A stretch of 64,000 bases of DNA from Nostoc sp. ATCC 43529 (GCA_003326205.1 LWTK01000058.1:2476-66475); one strand, 5' to 3'. Positions 29,801-38,139 are shown, counted from the first letter of the stretch. The notes: a model not told the origin generated them from the letters alone. Numbers and translations: made by a program.

Positions 29801-31714
29801 ACTACCAAAGTTTTTCAGGATAGTAATTTCTGACTCTAACGCCTCAATTGAGGTCAGGTGATTGTTGATAACACCGACACTAATGCCATCGCTCATGTGG
29901 ATGGCGATTTCTTCAAATTCCGGCTGACTGCCATCTTCCTGGTAAAAAGATTGTTTTTTGAGTTTAACAGTTGGATCGTAAGCGTTTTCAGGCAGGTTGC
30001 GCTCCCTTGCCTCGGCAGTGAGGTTTGGATACCTGCTTGCCCGCTCAAAGCCAATACAATCACCATCGTAGTCGCGTGCTTGACGCTCTTGTTCGGACTC
30101 TTGAGGAAGAATTTCTAGCTCGTAACCAGCCGATTGTAGTTCTGAAATATACTGATTAAATTTGTTGGTAAACTCGATTTTGTCTTTAGTTTCGAGCTTG
30201 CCGATGTTTTTATATAAGTAATTTTCAATACCTTCTAATTGAATATTTTTACTTTGGGCTTCGGGTAGGGCAGATTTAATTTGCTCGTTTAGACGGTTAT
30301 AAATGCGATCGCTTGTTTCGTCTGAGACAGCGATCGCACCCGCGAGAGGTTGACCATCAGGCCCAAGGATGTCTTCTACAATTTTGTTAGTTGAGACGCA
30401 CAGACCATTTGAGTTGAGGAAAGGGGAGCGGAAGTTGAGAACTTCTTCCCCATCTTGATAATGCGGGATGGAGATTTCCCCATTTTGTAGGTCTTTAGAG
30501 GGAATCACCATTGCCCGCTCAAATGTGAGCGTCTTGCCGATGGCGATTTCTTTCCACTCGTTTTGAACGAACCGGGCCAGTTCGCGCTGTACTTTCTCAG
30601 TTTCGAGAAGTTGACCTTCTCCTTGCAGATCAGCTTTGATGAGTTTGTAAATAAATGAATCAGTAGCAATGCGATCGCCTACGGCGGGCGCTCCTGCGCC
30701 ATCGCGCAAAAGTTCTAAATCTTCTGCTACTGTTGGATCTTCTGCTGCTTGTTCTTCTAGTGTGGTTGCTTGTTCTTCAAGAAAAGCTTTCCGCTTCTCG
30801 TACTTTTCGCAGTAAAGTTGTGCAAGTTGCCGGGGGTCGTCCTGTACAACATTCAGCTTTTTGGCTTCAAGTTCTAGCTGTTCGGTAAAGTCTTTCAGCC
30901 CGTTAGGGAATGAAGCGAGTAACTGCGAGATAGCTGTTTTACCGAGTTCAGATTGTGATTTTTCACCTAGCCAGATATTTTGCCTGTACAGTCCAGGTTG
31001 AATTTGGGGCTTGCTTGGCCCATTAGGGTTGTCTTTATCAGTTCCCTTGAATGCAGATAAGGGAAGAATTAAGTCAATTCTAGTTGAGTTCTTGGGATCT
31101 GAATAATTGAGAATTTGGTCAAGGTTTGCAGGGCGTAGTGTACCTTTGCCAAAGCGGTATTTATTATCATCTCCGTCTTGGTCAGTCCAACCGAAGCGGT
31201 GTTGAATTACTCGATATTTATCACCTTTTTGATGCTTAGTTAATTCGTAATATAGGTCTGTGGATATTTGCCCGTAACAGTCTCCTGTTAGCTGATATGC
31301 TTGGTCATTACTAATAACGCCGCCATTCTCACCATTATTATCATCGACAATTAGAATATTTAACTCTTTCTTGACAGCATTTTGACATGAACCAAGAAAG
31401 ATAGACCCGTAAGCACCTCTATCTTTGTTATCAGGGCATAATTGTCTAATTGTATCTAGACATTCTTCTGGCCCATATAACAACCGAGTTTTTGATGATA
31501 ATAATAATTTATGACCTTCAGGATGATTAATTAATTGTTCCACAGTAGACTTTTCGTCTATATGCCCAAACGAAAAGTTTACCCCAGGAAAGAAATGTTC
31601 TAGTAAGGTATTATTAAGTTCTTCCTTTAACAGCGAATCTGGATTATTTGTATTACCATCTGTATGAATCCATTGATTTAATCTAGTGTCAAAATGTTTA
31701 GCTTGAATTGTCAT
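23840..31714 (-). CDS. 2624-aa multidomain protein: two-barrel (RdRP/YonO-like) RNA polymerase + AlkB-like 2OG-Fe(II) dioxygenase + ASCH-like + NADAR-like + SLOG-like domains
   Basis: Polymerase motifs GDCYGQIS (aa144-151), QHRFG (171), GKGTL (189), ILPLSAFKG, RSP (429) and DYDGD (548-552). Dioxygenase motifs H1754-x-D1756...H1814...R1823. Then GHGRIHTTR..KEGD; SAEHAF..MVEVLQAKLEQHPRL..DKRWEG; IMVSGS..FIVGNAQGTDQL. Confidence 0.75.
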   Translation of the reverse strand: MTIQAKHFDTRLNQWIHTDGNTNNPDSLLKEELNNTLLEHFFPGVNFSFGHIDEKSTVEQLINHPEGHKLLLSSKTRLLYGPEECLDTIRQLCPDNKDRGAYGSIFLGSCQNAVKKELNILIVDDNNGENGGVISNDQAYQLTGDCYGQISTDLYYELTKHQKGDKYRVIQHRFGWTDQDGDDNKYRFGKGTLRPANLDQILNYSDPKNSTRIDLILPLSAFKGTDKDNPNGPSKPQIQPGLYRQNIWLGEKSQSELGKTAISQLLASFPNGLKDFTEQLELEAKKLNVVQDDPRQLAQLYCEKYEKRKAFLEEQATTLEEQAAEDPTVAEDLELLRDGAGAPAVGDRIATDSFIYKLIKADLQGEGQLLETEKVQRELARFVQNEWKEIAIGKTLTFERAMVIPSKDLQNGEISIPHYQDGEEVLNFRSPFLNSNGLCVSTNKIVEDILGPDGQPLAGAIAVSDETSDRIYNRLNEQIKSALPEAQSKNIQLEGIENYLYKNIGKLETKDKIEFTNKFNQYISELQSAGYELEILPQESEQERQARDYDGDCIGFERASRYPNLTAEARERNLPENAYDPTVKLKKQSFYQEDGSQPEFEEIAIHMSDGISVGVINNHLTSIEALESEITILKNFGSEKDQIEYVQQVAKHYEDLFKTEAWAKSKGIEGKEIPTKYRGYMEEFIKTVQQESLNQVNALVAMNTNIKIYREMIAEAAFQNQIAVDLFKSAKKPEMEIIRNNNRILHREVNYIKDKKKDVYIDNTIQPTGYSPVELLIAQTNQYFEKARLESREIAQFQALFKGVEFSNEQRLIATLVKKEFDKSFNQASQLSRQRETEKGPSANITLANGNQVSVTNLLQYDNEFIWKANKITIKLSEISEDKRNSNRPHKYLVYAQINDETENNKPKFRALGTLAKEQENKAEEIGIGLGQEVTSNRIAFQAELSEGQIKLLYQKAYQIAEEFYNSIPEGQKLAMAAATWAVSTTRESSSDKSSDYQKKVSNFAFAAFSEEIISQLDTLRFNEFSITGFDRSSELFHENKPQNIRFNLAEDGKSVIELQNQEGNYETFGNIEQSNARLPIGSVAIASVEKGEVYTTSITTKVPGLPELTFKVGEVNKFGNSQRFNNEPVMLTIEKVDLIREDYSIYLQNGNKPEKLGNIDKESIKEGIAEGWLAEKPGNGQQLQLKIQTIITGQNAYAIAETSKGNFLRINITNPKYKKQEISNQAFKETLVRAFDKKHVYIAKIGDQSLGIIGQHSERLETELNRENVQRQWQRKESSTVQKLIDTGIIRLNQQRTTIPVQITSNESTCKITINPETVEYPDKWVKRSQLISNEKSVRNEQQEKRNQILGKINERPTIIFQDKEQKLVGLLGLAVDENIADKTKKYLEKVGVSYEQLTGSQARLEAKKGMSVFVLDESTMSGELKQTFIDRAGGNIKSANTSSQPTPIIPEQTVYFYNPNQQYSSPDGSQIETKEALGLVVPAQDAIAVTTWLESKSTENHYFIESNTATFIFNKNEISEKINEELNSLLGEPINIGEVEGFYHYEQLSAELNQKIATEGSRLELNQIPENSEYKKALQALPNRPRELNQEDSPVLIIPAKAVPEKNITNIQSGINATVAGISQIYQNSVEVQVSKKTKIETKNQAILLPNSRQADQTKAVEILGKISEEKVEQLRSHLETHLKPILENDKSNYALLRQVAWVGAKWDLKDKDFKPGIQDDKLMELVKQVYPDADIVLVTYSENPGTGINYHRDDSYATTEARSINIGNSDWGYRAAKERMAWTREENQDAQYQEFKLESGTVTRFNCKNEHAALNTEAGRWSINIWSIKNDLGRENSVRQKFENFLASNQPPRAIVQSNSDLTIKTNEWTPGGEIKVERSYTSLREATRNIPSHPLNQPTVEEIIAIGNSTAARAANPEIPDNPTISGKPVPMVYSLHLHGEPSKVPADTTIDAMRGHGRIHTTRGVDYHKTYGVKEGDIAIAQGKNGEQVAFRVGKQYKITPEMIQDPSYQQAWAKWEKHSPKELTQTQASKSQLYGLFMEPLGDYVNGKVVPFPAIQKQPATPVNISPDSKDGLGVALSLATALAKEQGKLQNDYQVSVNNNPEAPAGQYGVENHVQKPEGVAYASAEHAFNHQKQLHPSADEYKLMVEVLQAKLEQHPRLTEAIAKRGGTEWLENCTAVATTGGTPTDSWLKSGNPPTRLSSTTHCLTNITNAQDKRWEGKGKESAFIQALSEAYINVVEKSQQTTVQTQQEKSEQTDRPLTNPLSQLEPINAAVAEHMKKDIAMAQIATQFIGKSAAPPETPSSTRNYEQAWGERANTGNYSKDDIIMVSGSGPWRGVTSEQIAQTFENHYKRLLNKAIEAKSSFIVGNAQGTDQLVENYLQEKGYKVEQTSQGYAVFNPIENIKININTISSNTQVSHNPFITNDKSILSPQQSQQPNIDQALASPSQPRIQQFGAMDSIIERMKANTVQNLQDWYVAAEKLGKSETYLNRIQEVTDLYIKENISLENAFKAMEQDIKELEKINEMTSLSQSLVKIIGQEDINGIMSVQTEKYQIATKVQDKIYLVKDKNDNILLYVKEGRTQVSNISDETLQDFQLMNSRIDNALKNVKKDLVER
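25076..25169. repeat. Nested small dispersed repeats inserted in frame in the NADAR-like domain
   Basis: On the minus strand, ACGGCAGTTGCTACAACGGGGGGAACCCC...CAACGCACTGCCTC encloses a related unit (GACAGTTGGCTCAAGTCGGGAAACCCGCCCACGCGACTGTC). The segment is GC-rich against an AT-rich background. Confidence 0.65.
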
Positions 31715-32278
31715 ATATTAACAATTAAACTTATAAAATTAAATATAAATTTTTACTTTTTGGCACTAAAATACCCTTAAAGCTTGATTTTACTTTCTCT
31801 ATCTTGGTAATTTATTAAACAATTTTCTAATTTCCACTTGCAAAATAAATATAGTTTTTTATACACCAAAATATAGCTATTACTTAGAAGATAGCTTTTA
31901 AAGATATAATTCAGCGTGATCTCAAAATTTAAGTATGAAAAAAATATACAAACTTCTCAATTATTTCTTGCTTAATGCTAAATCAGTAGTAACATTCTTA
32001 ATGTTTGCCATTGTGCTGATGTTTGTAGTTTGAGAGAGAAAGCTAAATTAGCATGGCAGCAACTTGATAATTTTATGCCTCCCTAATTTTTTACTCTCCT
32101 GTAGTTTTTCAATTTTGAGTGTGTTTTTGGTTCTAGCTATTATTTTTATTTAAAATAACTAGAACAAAGTGGATTACTCTCTGTGACTGAATTGGGCATC
32201 ACTGTAGTTGGGTCGCAGTAGTACAGTGACACCTATATGGAGATCAAACTCATAAAGGAGAATTTAATTTTGTTTATA

Positions 32279-32383
32279 TATAAGACTCCTATTTGATTTT
32301 TGAACAATCGAGCTGCCTAGAAGCTTGACATACAAAGCTTGACTTCTCAGTATACTGAGCAAGATTCAAGTAGGATTCCTATA
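32279..32383. repeat. 105-bp MITE, copy 2
   Basis: Same length, orientation and TATA boundaries as 18550-18654, with scattered substitutions. Confidence 0.8.
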
Positions 32384-32499
32384 TAAAATAGATAATTTTG
32401 TATAGTGTTGTAGACGTTCTGCGTAATATTTAGCTTTAAGTTGGTTCTCTAACTCTTCCAATTTAGATGATTTTATAGGTTCTAAACCTAAATAATTAT

Positions 32500-32709
32500 G
32501 ATACGCCTCATTAGCTTCATTAAGAACACTATGAGATTAATATGATGTTTCGTTTTTAACCATAAACTCTATCAAGCTTTCTATAGTGTCACCCTGCCAA
32601 GAGTCTGAAATCTTCCTCTTTTAGTCGATGTGGCATCACTCCATAAATCACCAAAGGGTGCATCTTGATTTTTAAATTGTTTGAGCCATTCTCTAAAACT
32701 TATGGTCAT
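32500..32709 (-). pseudogene. Possible frameshifted YozE/SAM-like small gene
   Basis: MTISFREWLKQFKNQDAPFGDLWSDA, continuing in another frame as DSWQGDTIESLIEFM. Confidence 0.3.
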
Positions 32710-32880
32710 TTTTCATTTCCCCCTAGTCGGTTGTTAGCCTGTTGGTATACCTATCAGAGCGATTCGCTCGTAACCATCACAGCCTACTGGTAGGTAAAGC
32801 AGCTTTACAAATAATCCTGTATTTCAGTATCTATATTTTGTGGCAGTAATGAAGTAAATTTTCCCATTTTGCTGGTTTTA

Positions 32881-33558
32881 TTAGCCGATGGATATAATTT
32901 CATCGGTGTTTAAAACTTCAACTGTTGCGTTTGGACTGTTCATATCTGTGGTTTGTTCGAGTAGGCGTGTTGCTTCCTCAAGCAATGCGCTTGCGTTGTG
33001 AAGCAGTGTTCGCACTTGGGTTAACTTGTTCCGCCGTTCGATACCAAGTTGTGCTTCTATATACCGTGCATCATGCTGATGGCTGAGGTGAATTACCCGT
33101 ACTTCTTGTTCTTTCTCTGAAGGTGCAAACATTGCGTTTTCGGCGGTTAGTTTATAGTACGAGTACGTACCACTCGGTCGTTTGACATTGTAGATGTGGA
33201 GTTCGCAACCAGGTGGCGCGATGTACTGTCCGTCGAAGTTGGTAAGTCCAGTACGAATATTATTTAATGTGGTGGCGATCGCCTCAATTGCGGGGATAAC
33301 ACTTAACGATTCTGGTGATTGCGGGCAACCGCGCCTCATCAGCATCATGATAGCGGCAGAACGACGGGTCAGGCGAATTTGTTCTTGATACTGGCGCATT
33401 TGTTCTTCCCGAATACGAACAAGTTCAAGTTCTTCATCGGGGCTTAGTTGAACCGCACTCCCACAGGTTTTGTAATTTAAGCAGTCGCCAGAGTCTATGC
33501 CTGGGTATTGCATCATACTGGCACAGTCAAATCCAAGTCCGCATTTTTTCTTGGGCAT
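32881..33558 (-). CDS. Hypothetical protein with a Cys-rich N-terminus
   Basis: 225-aa ORF; C-x5-C...C-x5-C N-terminus and a coiled-coil C-terminus. Confidence 0.65.
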   Translation of the reverse strand: MPKKKCGLGFDCASMMQYPGIDSGDCLNYKTCGSAVQLSPDEELELVRIREEQMRQYQEQIRLTRRSAAIMMLMRRGCPQSPESLSVIPAIEAIATTLNNIRTGLTNFDGQYIAPPGCELHIYNVKRPSGTYSYYKLTAENAMFAPSEKEQEVRVIHLSHQHDARYIEAQLGIERRNKLTQVRTLLHNASALLEEATRLLEQTTDMNSPNATVEVLNTDEIISIG

Positions 33559-33703
33559 AGGTTACATCCTTTTATTCTAGTTACTTTTATAATTTAATAT
33601 AGCTAGAACTAGGTACAGTTATTTCCTATGGGGTTATGGGCAAGATAAACGATATTAGGTTTAAGATTATTCTTATAAGTTTAAATTTTTCTCATCAATA
33701 GGC

Positions 33704-34072
33704 TCAAATAGCTATCATACAAACTTCTTGATGTCCGGCAACTGCTTGTTCCCAAGTTGAATATCTCCAGAATTTACCACTATATTCACCTCCAAAAACC
33801 ATAGTTTCAAAAAGCTGTGGTTCTTGATTAGGAAAATTAGAATAATCCTTTCCTAAAAAGATGGTAGATACTCTTCCCCACGAAAAAGTATCTAAAGCTA
33901 CTTGTATATTGTTCTCATTTTTCCGCCAATCAGACCATTGCTCAAGACTGCCGGGCTTAATAGGTTGTTTATTTTCATCTAATATATAAAGCTCATCGAG
34001 TAGATCCATGTAATTTATAAAATTTTGTGTCATAAGATAATCATCGGACAAACTTATGTGTATTGTGTACAT
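33704..34072 (-). CDS. Small hypothetical protein of a phage/plasmid-type family
   Basis: VSTIFLG...FETMVFGG...RYSTWEQAVAGH motif, which I recall from phage hypotheticals. Confidence 0.55.
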   Translation of the reverse strand: MYTIHISLSDDYLMTQNFINYMDLLDELYILDENKQPIKPGSLEQWSDWRKNENNIQVALDTFSWGRVSTIFLGKDYSNFPNQEPQLFETMVFGGEYSGKFWRYSTWEQAVAGHQEVCMIAI

Positions 34073-34308
34073 TTTTTCACCTCAGTCTTCGTACGCGACG
34101 TAAGGGTAATGTATCGCCTGGGCAACTGTCTTTATTGTGAGAGTTATGTTGTCAAAATTATATTTTAGCAGATATTGCAGAACTGCAAAAATACAAAATA
34201 ATGTAAAATTGTTATGTTACTTTCAACATTTATGACAAAACAAGAGTTATGTCACAAGAAAGTAAAATTATAGAATTAGCTAACTAATTTTGAAACAAAA
34301 TCTAACTT

Positions 34309-34644
34309 TTGATTATGTGCATAGATGAAACGATAGCATCTGATATTAAAGAAGCTGTAGCTAGAGTCTCTTGCTATTTAGATGATTTTGGCAGTCATAT
34401 TAGCCACTTAGATTTTTCAATTGAAAATTTAGAAGATTTAAAAGAAGAATTTGCAGAAGGAACTGATAAAGATTCAATCGATACTTATTTGTACATTGCA
34501 TTATTCCGAATAAAATCTACTAAAAATCGACTAGAAGAAGATATTAAAATTATTAAAAGTTACTTAACTTATTTTATTGAATCCTCTAGTAAAATGCCTG
34601 AATTTACTTACGATTATGAAAAAAATGAAATCAAAAATAGATAA
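34309..34644 (+). CDS. Acidic helical hypothetical protein
   Basis: 111-aa ORF in very AT-rich DNA. Confidence 0.5.
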   Translation: MIMCIDETIASDIKEAVARVSCYLDDFGSHISHLDFSIENLEDLKEEFAEGTDKDSIDTYLYIALFRIKSTKNRLEEDIKIIKSYLTYFIESSSKMPEFTYDYEKNEIKNR

Positions 34645-34691
34645 AAATCAGTTTAAGGAAATTCTTCTTCATAAAAGATATAATAAAAGTT

Positions 34692-34946
34692 ATGCCTAAA
34701 AAAGATGTCTGGGTAGTATTTGGTCACTTTCTAGATTTAAATTACTATTATGTATCAAATACTGAATGGACTTTTGAAATAGAAGAAGCTTGCTTATTTA
34801 AAACCAAGGAATTAGCCGAAAGCACAATAGGTAGGCTAAAAACTTATGAGAAAAAGAATCTAGACTTTCATGGAATCAACCCAGATAGCTTGTCTGTTGA
34901 ACGCACCTGGCTTGAAGTTAGTGAATTTCTGCATTTTACGGTTTAA
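34692..34946 (+). CDS. Hypothetical protein
   Basis: 84-aa ORF co-oriented with 34309..34644. Confidence 0.45.
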   Translation: MPKKDVWVVFGHFLDLNYYYVSNTEWTFEIEEACLFKTKELAESTIGRLKTYEKKNLDFHGINPDSLSVERTWLEVSEFLHFTV

Positions 34947-35209
34947 TTCATCTCTAACAAATACGAGCGCAAAAAGTTGTACTTTTGATGCTAAGACACC
35001 AATAGACAAAACAATTTTTTATGCCCCACAAATCCACAAATAGCTGCCCCAAAATTCACATCCAGCTAGACAAAGAACCCGGATTGCTAAACGAAATTTT
35101 TAAAACCTAAACTGTTTAGTTTGCACTTGGTGACAACTTCGCCAACAGTGTCTTTGCCAGTCCTACCCCTAATTTTGAGTAGATTAAACTCTCTCTATCT
35201 ACAGATTTA

Positions 35210-36742
35210 CTATTGCTCAATACCTCTTTGCGATCGCGAAGCGCTGCTGCGAAGCGCAGATCGCGATTTATTCATTAACGCTTGTTGGGTAAAGAAACGC
35301 AAACTTTCAATCTGCTCAATTTCGTTTGTTGTTAGTCGAGTTGGTATCTCTTCGTACCAGGTTCTCTGACTGTAGCAGATTTGCATCACAGGAGTATTAT
35401 CCCCATGACGGTAAACACTCAGAGTATTGTTATCTAAGCTGGCACTCAACTCCCGTCCTTTGATACGGAAGTTATTGGTAACAAGCATATAGTCAGTAAT
35501 TATAAAAGGCAGATGTTTGAGAGTAGAAGGCAGAAGGGTAACAGAAGCAGGAATAAGGGAAGATTGCTCTTCCAGGATTTGTTGAGTAGTAAGACCGTTT
35601 TCTTCTGAAATATCCTGTTGTGGGTTCTGTTTCTTTGGATGCGGCTGAACTTTTTTCTTGGTCTTATTTGCTTCCGAAGTGGGGTTATATTCTAATTTTG
35701 GTTGTATTATCGAAATCTCACTGGGATAATTACTGTTTAGTGTATATATAGTAACAAATTTTTTAGAGTTACTATCGGTATCACCATTACTATCACTTAT
35801 ACTGCTATTAGTAGGTTTATCACTATATAAGTAATCAATGTTACTTAAAATTATACTATTTATGCGAGCAATTGCTTTGGCTTTAGCTTGTTGAATTACT
35901 TCTTTATCTTTATCTGGGTCGTACATGATTCCATATTCAGACCGCAGTTTGTTCCAGCTATAAGGTTTGTATACTTGATAACCAGCAATTTTTACATCAT
36001 TATGAGTGTAGGTAAAGCCTAGTAGTTCTTCCCCCTGCATCTTAGGCAATACTCCAATGTTATTTTCTTCCAGGCGTTGAATAAACGTAGAGACGGTGGG
36101 ACTATCCTTAATGGCTTCTCCTATTGCTTGGCGAATAATTTCCTTACTTGTTGGGGTTTTGTGCTTACTGTTGACTGCTCTAATACTTTTTGATCGGTTG
36201 GGACTGGTGAGTGTAATTATTCCGTACTCTTGCTCTAACCTAGAGGCGACGGCTTCATTTGTTGTCGGTGTTACTTCCAATCCTAGTACCGCCGCGATGC
36301 GTCTAGTTGAGACTTGGGAGTTGAAATAATCATAGGAATCATTAACTAAGCTGCCATCTAACCGAATCCGGGAGGTGATTATATGCAGGTGTTCGTGGTT
36401 GCGATCGTGGTGGCGTACTGCAACGAACTGACTGGTAGCTGCTACAGATGATTCTTCCTTGGGCAAGTATCCCATATCTTTGAGATATTCTCTTGCTACA
36501 TAACTGTACTGACTGTTGGATAAATGCTCGTGGTAGTTTGGGCGGTGTGCGATTGAGATGATGAGGTGCGCGCACTGCCGTTTAACTGCTTTGTTGGTGT
36601 ACTTGATGGTGAGAAACTGCTGGTTAAATTCATCTGGCTTTGTTCCCATCATATTAGTATCGACAATCGCAGCATCATCTTTCCCCAAGACATACTTGAG
36701 CGTGTCGAGAAAATTCGGTTTTTTATAAATGACGGGAATCAA
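35210..36742 (-). CDS. MOB-P-type relaxase (MobA/VirD2-like)
   Basis: LKYVL (motif I Tyr), HLIISI (motif II), RHHDRNHEHLHIITSRI (HUH motif III). Confidence 0.9.
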   Translation of the reverse strand: MIPVIYKKPNFLDTLKYVLGKDDAAIVDTNMMGTKPDEFNQQFLTIKYTNKAVKRQCAHLIISIAHRPNYHEHLSNSQYSYVAREYLKDMGYLPKEESSVAATSQFVAVRHHDRNHEHLHIITSRIRLDGSLVNDSYDYFNSQVSTRRIAAVLGLEVTPTTNEAVASRLEQEYGIITLTSPNRSKSIRAVNSKHKTPTSKEIIRQAIGEAIKDSPTVSTFIQRLEENNIGVLPKMQGEELLGFTYTHNDVKIAGYQVYKPYSWNKLRSEYGIMYDPDKDKEVIQQAKAKAIARINSIILSNIDYLYSDKPTNSSISDSNGDTDSNSKKFVTIYTLNSNYPSEISIIQPKLEYNPTSEANKTKKKVQPHPKKQNPQQDISEENGLTTQQILEEQSSLIPASVTLLPSTLKHLPFIITDYMLVTNNFRIKGRELSASLDNNTLSVYRHGDNTPVMQICYSQRTWYEEIPTRLTTNEIEQIESLRFFTQQALMNKSRSALRSSASRSQRGIEQ

Positions 36743-36783
36743 ATTGAGGGAGTTTAAAGTGGATATATAGAACCTGTAATGCC

Positions 36784-37218
36784 TTATTTATTTTGGCTTG
36801 AGGGTGATTTGTCTGGAACGTCTAGGTTAAATGCAGCAGCTATGGTCTGATCTACGAGTGCGATCGCATTATTGACAGTATCCAAAATTTGCTGGTTGTT
36901 TGTTTCCTTTGCTAAGTGAGATAACATCATCAGTTCGCTTTTGAGGTTTCCAGCAGTAGCGCGGATAGTTATCAAGTCGACAGATGGTTTTGCCGTTAGT
37001 ACCCGCCTTAACCCACAGGAACGTAAATATTCAGATGCAGTTACCCCTGTGGCGATCGCTTTTTCCTCAATGGTAGTTTTCTCTTGCTCAAAGAGGTATA
37101 CCTTGATGGATTTGGTTCGCTTTATGGAGTTACTTACCATACCTTGTTTTACTATGGGACTGAGTGGCATAGTTAGAGACTGCACTGAGGGAGTTGGGGA
37201 TAACCGGAAATCTGACAA
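36784..37218 (-). CDS. mobC: MobC relaxosome accessory protein (ribbon-helix-helix)
   Basis: SIKVYLFEQEKTTIEEKA...SEYLRSCGL; immediately upstream of the relaxase. The real start may be the internal MVSNS. Confidence 0.75.
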   Translation of the reverse strand: MSDFRLSPTPSVQSLTMPLSPIVKQGMVSNSIKRTKSIKVYLFEQEKTTIEEKAIATGVTASEYLRSCGLRRVLTAKPSVDLITIRATAGNLKSELMMLSHLAKETNNQQILDTVNNAIALVDQTIAAAFNLDVPDKSPSSQNK

Positions 37219-37562
37219 CAGTGTATGGTCTCAATTGCGGACAATATTGCTGCTACTTTTGGTATAAACTATACTTGATTTAGATGCCGCCAGTGAGAGT
37301 ACTGTAACTTGTGATAATACAAGGTAATATCTTATGGTTCGTCTTGTAACTGACACTGAAGCCGTAAACCTTGTTTTTAATGATGCAATTGTTGGGTTGT
37401 AGAGATTGTATGGCTATGTCGCCAGCGTGCGAACCGACAGGTCGGCGCTTCTCTGCCAGACGCTCCGCGAACGCTATTGCGTAGTAGGTACTATCCATAA
37501 TCGTGGATTCAATTACACGTAATTACAACTGTTTATAGGTATTATTTTTAATCTATTTATTT

Positions 37563-37686
37563 AGGGACTTCCAAATAAAAAAATATACAACTTTTCTTGT
37601 GGGGTGGGCGTCTCGCCCGCCCGTGGAAAGGGGCGGACAAGATGTCCATCCCACAGGAGTGGATAATTTATTTCTTGGTAATCCCT
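37563..37686. repeat. ~125-bp MITE/REP-like element
   Basis: Imperfect terminal IRs AGGGACTTCCAAATAAAAAAAT / ATTTATTTCTTGGTAATCCCT, with internal GC-rich inverted units GTGGGGTGGGCGTCTCGCCCGCCC / GGGCGGACAAGATGTCCATCCCAC. Confidence 0.7.
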
Positions 37687-38139
37687 TATCAAACAGTAAA
37701 TATACGACAAAAGTAGTATTTTGTGCTACAAAATAAGATGATTGGTATTAAAGAACTGTCAATTAATCTAGTTTATTGATAATAACTTTAGTGATAAAAT
37801 GACCCTACTAAACATACCTTGTTTTAGTTAGAGGACTGTACGGCGACAGCAATGGTCTGTAGTGGAATGCGACTAAAGTAAATGCTTGTGCAGAGCGGAT
37901 TGTGGGGTTCTATCCTAAGTTGATTAACTTCTACGTAATGCTGAAATAATTGGGTTAATTTGCCCTCAGAATACCTCAACTATGGGGATTGTTAGAGTTT
38001 ATTTTTAAGTTAATTATTTATTTTGATTGACAAAAATCAAACCCAATTTCACTTAATTGGGGTAATTAGCGTGTGAATTGGGGTAGTTAGGAGTAAATAC
38101 GGGGGTGAGTTCTCCCATCGTATGGTTAAAGTATGAGTA

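Noticed and set aside
24780-30118. Many short plus-strand ORFs inside the giant gene
   Set aside because: They are antisense shadows; the minus frame is uninterrupted and carries the motifs.
37219-38139. Canonical RP4-type nic sequence (ATCCTG)
   Set aside because: I did not find it by eye, so oriT is reported only as a candidate region.
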